Notes under the pieces: model-generated
Database searches by the model: none
What the model was told of the DNA's origin: nothing
What the model saw: only the letters and a program-made list of their open reading frames with translations
Made by a program: the position numbers and the translations under genes
Assembly: GCA_039096225.1 (NCBI GenBank)
Contig: JBBPEB010000002.1
Location: 124,001-188,000 of the forward strand
From: Blastocystis sp. Blastoise
Taxonomy: Eukaryota; Protista; Bigyra: Opalinata
Direction of reading: 5' to 3'
DNA length: 64,000 nucleotides
In this document: piece by piece, positions 52,951-64,000 of the stretch
Layout: the number at the start of each line of letters is the position of its first letter
Position numbering within the stretch: the first letter of the stretch is position 1

Positions 52951-54879
52951 CAAATTAAAAATAAAGATAAATTCATATTTAAAGTCAATTTTTTAGTCAA
53001 ATACTAAAAATTTTCATGAAAATACCTTTTTAAATTTTTTTTAAATTTTTATGACTTATTACTAAAGTAACAAGTCTTAGTAATTATATATTACACTATT
53101 GACGCAACATTATTGTATCCCACTACTTCCAGTTTTTTAAAAATTACTCATTTTTGTCGACTCTCTGATCTGTTGACTAACTCGTCTAAAGACTATTAAT
53201 TTTAACATAAAACGTTTTTATATTACATAATTAACACTAGAAACAACTTTTTAAAAGACTTTTATTTGATTCTGAGGAAAAGTAGTTTTTTTATAAGTTT
53301 TGACATACTTTATGTATGCGGAACTTTAAGTCATGATAGAATAAAATAAAAAAAAGTCTTTTAAAACTCTTGTGTCGTCTGATATATAATAAAATATAAA
53401 TAGACTCAGTTTTAAACGACAAAAATATTCCCGTAAATATTTTAAAAATTCAAAACTCTGGTCTGATTGCCCATGAAACAAATAGGCTTGGCTCAATTTT
53501 TCAGTGTAAAAAAAATACAAAATTTTGACTTTTTGGCTGAATTTTGATTCTGACCCATAGAGGTCAGCTTATTCACTTTTAATCATATATGTGACTCTGA
53601 GAGGGTCTTCACTTTAAACACAACTATAAAATATTTTAAAATATTGACCTCCATTTTCTTCAGAATTGCGACTTTAAAATAAATAAAAACGGTTTGGATA
53701 TCGTGTGACCCACTGATATAAGAAAAAATTGTCAATTTTTTAATAAAATATGTTTAATAGGGTATTTGAGTCTAAATCAAAAGTCGACTTTAAAATTTTG
53801 TGAAAATTTTCATTTTTTTGCCTAAGTCTTTTTTTTTCTTGAGTTTTCATTGGCTGAATAAGTCTTGAACGAAAATTAGCCAATCAAAAACCTTCAAAAA
53901 CTCAAAAGTGCCTACCAGTGACCTTTTTTATTTCTTCTGTTGTTTTGATATATTATACTATTGTGTCAGTAGTGTAATAAAATGTACTTAATATATTGAA
54001 TCCCTTATTTTAAATAAATGAAAAAAAGGAATTATTTGTAAAGTGGGTTTAAAAAGATTTAATAATTAACAAATACAACTATTATGACTATATTAAGGTT
54101 CAATACATTCAAGTATCATGCTATTAAACAAAATAAAAAACAAATCTGTAACAACATACAGTGAACTTGAATTTATATTAAGAAATTCTTGTTCTAATCT
54201 AGATATTATACTTATATAATACTCATAAATACCGTTTTAAAAGAAAATAAGAACAAAAGTTACACATCCAATTATTAAAAGTGTGAGTTTTGACAAAATA
54301 AAAAAAATGAATTTAGTTTAACATCATATTAATACAAAAATAAATTTATTTTAATTTAAAAGTTATTAATGAGTGAGAACGACGAATCACAAAAATAAAT
54401 ATGTTGATTTTTTCATTTTATTTTTATGTTTTTTACTTTTATTTTAATAACTTCGTCAAAATTTATTATTTTTGCAAAAAAAAAATTATGAATCGAGTTT
54501 AACTAATATAGATGAGTAATAAATAAATATAAAAAAGACTCTTTTATCAATATAAATTATGAATCACAAAAGTAAGTATAATGAATAAAAAAGTAAGATA
54601 AATATAATTGGATGCACCAAAACATAATTTTTAATGGCTCCACAAAACTGTTTATGTCGAATATTCTTTTTTCTTAAAAGTCGATTTTCTCCTTGGATTT
54701 TCAAAATTGACCAATCATATTTTGAGTATCGATTTTTGTCATAAGTATCTTGTAAATTACAAAAAATCTTGCTGTTACAATAAAATGCGCCAAAGTTACA
54801 GCCATTTGAAATTTTTGAAACGGCTCAGTTAGGCTGCTAAATTAATATATATAATATACCCAGTTAGAGATTCTAATAA

Positions 54880-55390
54880 TATGTTATTAATAAGATCCGA
54901 ATTTGTTTTAGAAAGAAGACATATTATTGAAAGAATATCTTTATCATTTAATTGAGGAACTGATCGTGTTGTTTCACCTTGAAATGATATCTTACCATAA
55001 GTAGTTATAAATGATATCTCTTTATTTTCTAGTGATGTATATCTTTTATCGTTTTTGGTACTACTAAGTGTATTAAATGAATCTGATGATGTATAGTAAA
55101 CTCCTGATGATTCTTTATCTTGAATTTTAATGATTGTAGATTCATTATAGTTTACTGTTCCTTTAGTTATTCTTTTGATCTTTCGATAAGATCTTTCAGC
55201 TTCCCATGTTGAAGAATAGTAAAGAGAACCAGAATGTTGGATACATAATCCTAGATGCTTTATTGAATGGATTTGAACTGTTATAAGAGGTGCAGGTAGT
55301 ATAGATTCTATAAGAGAAACAAATAATATACATCTTCTTTCGAAGGTATATAATTCTTCTTTTTGAGTTATAGGATTAATTGTTATTGAA
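54880..55390 (-). pseudogene. Fragment of a CACTA/CMC-type transposase
   Basis: TVQIHSIKHLGLCIQHSGSLYYSSTWEAERSYRKIK fits the HxxxHL...G.L...ER pattern. Confidence 0.6.
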
Positions 55391-55395
55391 TCACA

Positions 55396-57410
55396 TAATT
55401 ACTATATATATGAGAATAGGCAAAAAAATTCCCATTGGTCAGTTTTTAGAAAATGCATTTGATTGGCTACTATATACTCAAGTTTGTGTACACCTCTACT
55501 CTAAACTTACGGGGAGTTAACTTTTGGTTGAAACACAGTTCAATACGATATAACATGTAGATTTGCACCGTCTACTTTGTTAAGCTATATTGTTTATAAT
55601 TAAAAAGATATTAATAAAAGAACAGAAAACATGATTTTTGAGTCGTTTCTGATTGGCTCTTTGGGATCATAAAGATAAAAATTGTTGACCAGACAATTGA
55701 AAAATAAACATGGGGTAAACTTGATTTTTTCTCAATCCCACGATATACGCCATCCGTGTTTATTCTTTATATTTATCTATTTCTTAATACTTTTTCATAT
55801 TGAACACGTGAGGCCTTAACGGTCAAATTTAGATTGTCAATTTGACATGATATTCTGATTCAGGAGGTCTAAAAACCTAGGTGTACCAATTTTGAGCTCC
55901 TGAGGACGATTTTTGAGTGATCGATATTTTCTTTGATCTTCTTATAATGGACTAATATTGTAGTATTGTAATTAATAGGTCATCAAACTACTATAGTTAA
56001 AACAAAGTCTTAAAATAATGAGTTTGAGTGTCACAATTTTGAAAAATGTGAATTAAGTGGTCTTAGAGTGACAAATTCAATATGATGACTTTTATTTAGT
56101 AAACTAGAGATAATACTCTATACTATATCAAAACAAGAGTCAAAATTAATAGGGTCAAAGTATATGACCAAATGACAAAATGTGTCTTAAAAAGTAAAAG
56201 GGTTTCTATATGTGTTTAGAATCATATATCAAGTCTATTTTATGAATAAGAGCTTTAAATAAATAGTTTAAGGTTGTCAAATTTAAAAGAATGTGTAAAA
56301 CATAGTCTTAGACTTTGAATAAAAAATTTAGAGATATTAATTAGTATACAGCTGTAGTAGCTCTACAACATATCAAAAGTACAAAGAAAATAATTTTTAA
56401 AGAGTGGATGTGTGAGGTGTTGTGACTATTATTTAAAATTTATTTTTACTTCAGTTTGAGCAAAATCGTGAATTTCGTGCACTGTAGAAAAATTGAGCCA
56501 AAAAATCAACTCTAAGGGTCTTAATTTTGAAAAATGTAAAAATGAGTGACTTAGAGGACGAGATTCAATATTTGAGTGGTTATTCATTAAACTAGAGTGT
56601 ATGATCTATATTATATTAAAAGGAGGGACAAAACTATTTTGATCAAAGTGTATGAGCAAATGGTAAAGTGTCTTTAAAAGTGTTATGGTGATGCCAGTTG
56701 TGTTTAAGGGTCTAAATCAAGTTTACTCTTAAAATATTAGCTTTAAATAACCTGTTAAAGGTTGTCAATTTACCAAAATGTTTTAAAGCGTGTCTTAAAC
56801 AAAGAGATTCAAAGAGTTGACTTTCATTTTATACATATTATGTGTATATAAACACTTTATGAAAAGATATTTTAGAAAGTATTGTGGATGAGTGTTTTGT
56901 CAAATGGTAAAGTTGTATCAAGAGTTGATTGTTTTCATTGCTTTTTGTTTAAATCAATGTTGTATGTCTACTCTATAAAACTAACCATTTAACACTGAGT
57001 TTAACGTTTTAAAGTCAACATGTGTGTTTGGTTTGTTTACTTTTGAGAGTTGAAAATCAATTTAAATTGATAAATTATGTCATATACGTCTATATTGATT
57101 GATTCAAACAGTTTTGAGATTACTTAGTTGTTTAAGTATAAATGGATTTGTACTCATTGTGACTGTTGTTAAGAAGAGGAAGTCTCAAAAAGTTATAAAC
57201 AGTTAGATATATATATGTAAGGTCAAAATTGAAAAGTATAATTTAAAACAAATAAAAGTAAGGTTAAAAAAAGAGAATATATATATATATAATATATAAA
57301 TAAAATATTAATAAAAAGAGAAAAATAAGACTTCATGTCAGGAATTGAACCTGAAAACAATCTATAATGATTGCTTCTCTCCTTCCAGAGCATAAAGGGA
57401 GTTTAAAGAG
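55396..57410 (+). mobile_element. Diverged Helitron family D, copy 3; 3' end not found
   Basis: 5' region homologous to D1; shares the subterminal tcaggaattgaacctga. Confidence 0.8.
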
Positions 57411-57426
57411 TAATAATAATAATAAT

Positions 57427-57490
<64 letters not shown>

Positions 57491-57894
57491 GGAATGAAGG
57501 AAGTAGGAAGAATGTGGAAGTAGGAAGTAGGAAGAAAGAAGAAGGAAGGATGAAGGAAGAAGGAAGAAGTAGGAAGAAGGATGAAGGAAGAAGAAGGAAG
57601 AAGGAAGAAGTAGGATGAAGAAAGAAGGATGAGGAAGTAGGAAGAAGAAGGAAGAAGAAGGAAGAAGGAAGAATGACGGATGAGGAAGTAGGAAGTAGGA
57701 AGTAGGAATGAAGAATGAAGAATGAAGAATGAAGAATGAGGAAGTAGAAGGAAGAATGAAGAATGAGGAAGAAGGTAGTAGGAAGGATAAGGAAGAAGTA
57801 AAATGAAGTAGAAAGAAGGAAGAAAGAAGAAAAAGGAACAAGAAGACTATTAAACCTATATACAATAGAAAAAATATAAAAAGATAACATAAAA

Positions 57895-57929
<35 letters not shown>

Positions 57930-57931
57930 AA

Positions 57932-57966
<35 letters not shown>

Positions 57967-58172
57967 AATAAATAAATAAATATAATAAATATAATAAATA
58001 TAATAAATATAACAAATAAATAAAAACATAAATATAATAAATAAATAAATAAATATAATAAATAAATAAATATAATAAATAAATAAATAAATATAATAAA
58101 TAAATATATATAAATATAATAAATATAATAAATAAATAAATAAATATAATAAATAAATATATATAAATATAA

Positions 58173-58203
<31 letters not shown>

Positions 58204-58230
58204 AAAACATAAATAATAAAAATGAAAACA
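57410..58230. repeat. Compound simple repeats (AAT, TA, GAAG-rich, AAAT)
   Basis: Direct reading. Confidence 0.9.
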
Positions 58231-58921
58231 ATAAATAAAATATAAATATATACCTAATAGATTAATCTGAAACCACAGACTAAAGAAGAACGACATGAAA
58301 AAGCGAAGACCACAACACATCAACAACATTTTCTTTCCTATAGAATAAAAATAATTAAAAACTATTGAATAAATGATATATAAAGACAAAATAAACAAAA
58401 TAAATAATAAAAATAATAATAACAAAAAGCAATTAGTAAAACAAAAACAGATGTTAAGAAATAAATAATATATTTATATACCTTACACTAGAAAAACCAT
58501 ATAGCACAACCAGGACCACTTCAAGAAGCTTCTGTCACCACAACCAAGACAAATACAAGAGAATCCTATAAAAAAGTGTATTATTTTAAATAAATAAATT
58601 TATATATAAATAGATATATATAATACTAAACAAAATAATATAAAATTAATTAATCAAACATACTTAGTCAATCAATATAAACAAATATTTAAAAAATGTA
58701 AAAAACTATAGTTTTTGGGTACCCAAAATGTTTTTAATAAAAAATGTCCCTATTATCAGCTTAGCATAAGATAATAATAAAAATTCGAGGTTATTTATGA
58801 TTCCTATTAATTTTTAAATATGCATATTTTAAATATTGTCCCTATTTTACAAAAATTGAAATCAAAATAAGATTTTGTTTTCTTCATAAAAATACTTATT
58901 TTATAATTAGTTATTAAATAG

Positions 58922-60860
58922 GATGCCTAAGAAGACTCGGATGTCGTCCAGGCGGAGGTCTGAAAATAGGAAAAGCTATATTTCTCAAAGACGGTCAAGT
59001 ATGTTATACCATTCTTTATTATTATTCATATATAGGTTCTTCTACTCAACAGGATACAAGTATGGATGTCATTGATGGTGATGGTTCTTATCAATATGGT
59101 CTTGAAGGTATATATTTATACATTTCTTTTTGTTTTATTATTTTATATCATCTTAGGCTCTTCTATGTCCATGGTGTCCTATTCTGATGATGGTGTAAGG
59201 TTATCAAGTGGTCTTGAAGGTATGTTGGCATTCATTTGTTTTTATTTTTATATTTTATTTTCTATAGGTTCTTCTATTGTTGTGGACTCTGTTGCTGGAG
59301 CTATTGATGGTGATGTTAACTCTACTCACGGTCTTGAAGGTATGTTGTCAATCATTTATTTTATTTTTTTTATTTTTATTTATCTATAGGTTCTTATACT
59401 CATGATGATGTTGTTGCTGATGCTATTGATGGTGGTGTTAACTCTACTCATGGTCTTCAAGGTATATAATCATTCATTTATTTATTTATTTTTAATTATT
59501 TCTTTTATTTCCTATTTATATTTTATTATAGGTTCTTCTGTTGCTATGAATGTTAGTGCTGATGTTATTCATAAAGAAGGTATATATAATCTATTTTCTT
59601 TTTCTTCTTTTTGATTTATACTTTTATTTTATAAATATATATAGGTCCTTCTGTTCTGACAGTGTCTTCTGTTCATGGTACTGTATCTGATGGTGATCAT
59701 CCTTCTGAGGCTAAAGGTATATAGATATATCATATATATATATTAATTATTTTTCTTTTAATTCTTTCTTATTTGTTTTTATATAGGTCCTTCAACTCAG
59801 TTAGTACATGGTCATTCCTCTATTCCTTCTTCAGAAGGTATATATATATAGGGTTAAATCCCGATAGTCAAGTTTTCAGAAATTTATTTACGAGTTGACA
59901 TTTGTGTCCTAATTTTTTACGAGTTGACATTTGTGCCTTAATTATTTACAAGTTGACATTTGTGTCCTAATTTTTTACGAGTTGACATTTGTGCCTTAAT
60001 TATTTACGAGTTGACATTTGTGCCTTAATTATTTACAAGTTGACATTTGTGTCCTATTTTTTTACGAGTTGACATTTGTGCCTTAATTATTTACGAGTTG
60101 ACAATTATAATTTAATTTTTTACGAGTTGACAACTATGATTTAATTATTTATAAGTTAAAAATAGTAATTTAATTATTTCAGATTTTTTAAAGAAAAATA
60201 TTTTTTTTTCAGGTTTCTTTGTTAAAAATAGTCATGAAAATATTAAAAATAAAAATACAAATAAATTATTCATAATTGTCAACTCGTAGATAATTAAATC
60301 ATAGTTGTCAACTCGTAAAAAATTAAGACACAAATGTCAACTCGTAAAAAATTAAATTATAATTGTCAACTCGTAAAAAATTAAGACACAAATGTCAACT
60401 CGTAAAAAATTAAGGCACAAATGTCAACTCGTAAATAATTAAGGCACAAATGTCAACTCGTAAAAAATTAGGACACAAATGTCAACTCGTAAATAATTAA
60501 GGCACAAATGTCAACTGGTAAAATGAATGTCTGAAAACTTGACTATCGGGATTTAACCCATATATATATGTATCTATGTTTATTCTATTTTATGATTCTA
60601 TATAGGTGTGTCTTTTAATTTGGGATCGTGTGACTCTGATGTTGGTCTTGATATGGTTACTACTAATATATATAAAGGTATATATATATATATATAATAT
60701 TATTTATTTATTTATACTTATACTATTGTATATATATATATAGGTGATGGTGTTAATAATTCTTCAGTCGTTGATGGTGTCAATGGTTCTTCAATTATTC
60801 AAGGTATATTTATACTTATATTATATTCTATACTTATATAGGTTCAAATAAAGTTGTGGG
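58922..60860 (+). CDS. Gene built from tandem symmetric short exons encoding Ser/Gly/Asp/Val-rich repeats
   Basis: Exons 59036-59107, 59157-59219, 59268-59339, 59390-59461 (72, 63, 72, 72 nt), all phase 1, ending GLEG or GLQG. Confidence 0.65.
59851..60559. mobile_element. Foldback/Mutator-like MITE inside an intron
   Basis: 30-bp TIR gggttaaatcccgatagtcaagttttcaga; inverted arrays of ~28-bp repeats; flanks compatible with a 9-bp ATATATATA TSD. Confidence 0.85.
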
Positions 60861-61534
60861 TAAGTATTATTTATTATTTTAGTTTCTTTTTCTTTTGTTT
60901 TATTATTTTTTTTCACAGATAATAGCTTTCTGTTATCTGCTTTCTTTTTATTATCTATTTATATATTTATTTACTAAGCTTAGCTTTAGCTACTTAGTAT
61001 TTAAATATTTAATAGAATCCTTTCTTTTTTCCTTTTTTGTTTTTTTTTTTTTTTTTTTATTTTACTTAACTTTAATCGTGTCGATATATACGGGAAGGTG
61101 TCGGATATTAAGATAATTTTTGAATTACTTAATATTAAATAGTGTTGAGTATTTTAATATTTGTATTTAATTTAATTAATACAACTATTGATTACCTATA
61201 TGACTCATACTATTGCTGACTATTGTTCGCTTCTAACTCTATATAGTCTAACCGATGTAATACTATCAATGATTGAGATATCTAAGTGTTAAGATTCTTC
61301 ACTTACTCACATTGTATATGATATTAACTGGTAGTTAGCTATATGTTTATAGAATGTTGTAACAAAGCACAATAGCTATAGATGTCCTCTATGAGGTTGA
61401 ATCATATAGATTGTTTAATAAATTATACAGTATTAATTACCTATACTTATTTAATATTAGTTTTCATTAATTATAATATTATCTTTCATTACATTATAGT
61501 ATTGAAGATAATTGTTAATTAATAAAGTTTTTAC

Positions 61535-61697
61535 TTTATATTAATAAATATATCATAGTATATCTATGTATTATTATATTAATAAAGGTTATATACTTTA
61601 TATTAATAAATATATCATAGTATATCTATTTATTATTATATTAATAAAGGTTATATACTTTATATTAATAAATATATCATAGTATATCTATGTATTA
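61535..61697. repeat. ~62-bp tandem repeat, about 2.6 copies
   Basis: tactttatattaataaatatatcatagtatatctat repeated. Confidence 0.8.
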
Positions 61698-61698
61698 T

Positions 61699-62681
61699 CA
61701 CTGTCAGGCAGGGTGGCCTATTTAAGAGTTTTGATTGGCTAATTTTAAAAATAGTCCAATAATTTTTCTTTAAAAATTTGACCTTCTAAAAAAGTGGTTT
61801 AGAGAAGGAATTTTTCTGAAAAACAAAAAAAAATAATTCTAAGTCGATATTTTTTTTCTATTTTGCTTTGTTCTTCTCATATAGAGTTTATATGAGGTTT
61901 TTGACATTATATTCAATCAATAGGGTCTTTATTTGACAAACAGAGCTAGTTTTTATATTTGTTTTCTTAACATTAGTGGTTTGGAAATGTTGACTTATTT
62001 TCAATAAAAAGTTGTCAATATGTATTCAATAGACCATCTAGACTCATAATATTAAAAAAAACTTGTTTTATGATGTTTATGAAAAATACTCAAAAACGAA
62101 AATTCAGACAGTCAAATTTTGAAATATAGGGTAATTTTTTCATTTCAAAAATGAAAGCAAAAATTGAAACTGGGTCTTTTATTTCTTTTTTTATTGAACT
62201 TGATGCATGAGTTTATATTTGATTAAATTACTATATGTTCTATTTAGGTATAATGTCCATGTTTCAAATTTGTTGTATTTTTTTTATATTCTATTTTACT
62301 TAATTCATTTGTTATTTAGGAATCAGGTCTTTTTAAGATGAGAAAACTCCCTTCGTGGTGAAATCGTGTTCTATGTAATTCCAAATGGTCAAACTGGATA
62401 GAAAATACTTTCTGTATATAATTATATTTTTAAATTAGTTTTACATATTTAATCTATCTTTATTCTATAGTGTAGAATGATTGCTGGCTTCTCAATATGT
62501 TTCTTGTGTCTCTTATGTCAGTTTGGTAAGTATTTTATTTTAATTACATTATAATTACTTATAAATTTTTATTATTATTATTTTATTTATTTATTTTTAT
62601 ATTTATTTATTATATTAATTGGTATTTTCTTATTTCTGTCTTTTGGAACTATTATTTTTTTTATATTTTTATCATAATATA
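61699..62681 (+). mobile_element. End of another CACTG element
   Basis: CACTGTCAGGCA followed by ttttgattggctaatttt, as at the 53920 end. Confidence 0.6.
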
Positions 62682-64000
62682 TCATTACTATATATATGAG
62701 AATAGGCAAAAAAATTCCCATTGGTCAGTTTTTGGAAAATGCATTTGATTGGCTAAGGTATACTATAGTTTGTGGACACAACTCCTCTAAACTTACGGGG
62801 AGTTAATGTTTGGTTGAAACACAGTTCAATAGGATATAACATGTAGTTTTGCACCGTATATTTGGTTAAGCGATATTATTAATAATTAAAAAGTTATTAA
62901 TAAAAAAACAGAAAACATGATTTTTGAGTCGTTTTTGATTGGCTCTTTGGGGTGACCCCGATAAAAATTGTTGACCAGACAATTGAAAAATAAACATGGG
63001 GTAAACTTGATTTTTTCTCAATCCCACAATATACGTTATCCGTGTTTATTCTTTATATTTATCTACTTTTTAATACTTTTTCATATTGAACACGTGAGGC
63101 CTTAACGGTCAAATTTAGATTCTTATTTTGACATCATATTCTGATTCAGGAGGTCAAAAAACCTAGGTGTACCAATTTTGAGCTCCTGAGGACGATTTTT
63201 GAGTGATCGATATTTTCTTCGATCTTCTTATAATCGACTAATATTACAGTATTGTAATTGATAGGTCCTCAAACTACTATAGTTAAAACAAAGTCTTAAA
63301 ATAATGAGTTTGAGTGTCACAATTTTGAAAAATGTGAATTAAGTGGTCTTAGAGTGAGAGATTCAATATAATGACTTTTATTTAATAAACTAGAGATAAT
63401 ACTCTATACTATGTCAAAAGGAGATTAAAAATTATGAAGGTCAAAGTGTATGACCAAATGACAAAATGTGTCTTAAAAAGTAAAAGGGTTTCTATATGTG
63501 TTCAAAATATTGAATCACGTCTATTCTTTGAATAAGAGCTTTAAATAAATAGTTTAAGGTTGTCAAATTTAAAAGAATGTGTAAAACATAGTCTTAAACT
63601 TTGAATAAAAAATTTAGAGATATTAATTAGTGTGCAGCTGTAGTAGCTCTACAACATATCAAAAGTTCAAAGAAAATAATTTTTAGAGAGTGGATGTGTG
63701 AAGGGTTGTGACTATTATTTAAAATTTATTTTTACTTCAGTTTGAGCAAAATCGTGAATTTCGTGCACTGTAGAAAAATTGAGTCAGAAGGTCAACTCTA
63801 AGGGTCTTAAATTTAAAAAAATGTAAAAATGACTAACTTAGAGGACGAGATTCAAAATAAGAGTGTTTAGTCATTAAACTAGACTGTATGACCTATATTA
63901 TGTTAAAAGGAGGGACAAAAATATTTTGATCAAAGTGTATGAGCAAATGGTAAAGTGTCCTTAAAAAGTCTAAAGTGTTGACTAATGTGTTTATATTGTC
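62682..64000 (+). mobile_element. Helitron family D, copy 4 (runs off the window)
   Basis: A|TCATTACTATATATATGAG start; homologous to D1. Confidence 0.9.

Noticed and set aside
59880-60520. CRISPR-like array
   Set aside because: No unique spacers; these are subterminal repeats of a foldback element

Overview
A very AT-rich eukaryotic window with short (about 30-60 nt) GT-AG introns. Intron size and a recurrent TGTTTTGTT motif downstream of genes suggest a Blastocystis-like protist (inference). Most of the window is nested transposons: three non-autonomous Helitron families (A, C, D), Tc1/IS630 and pogo DDE transposases, two disrupted hAT transposases, a Crypton-like tyrosine recombinase, CACTG (CACTA/EnSpm-type) elements and several MITEs. 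The standout is an integrated CRESS-type (Rep-encoding ssDNA) virus at about 31040-37646. Its 5045-bp unit holds a nonanucleotide hairpin origin, an intact five-intron HUH/SF3 Rep, an intronless capsid with nodavirus/tetravirus (RNA virus) self-cleavage signatures, and an Arg-rich third ORF. A near-identical ~620-bp control region then recurs in front of a second, divergent Rep with a different intron set. Most short ORFs in the supplied track are microsatellite or AT-rich artefacts.
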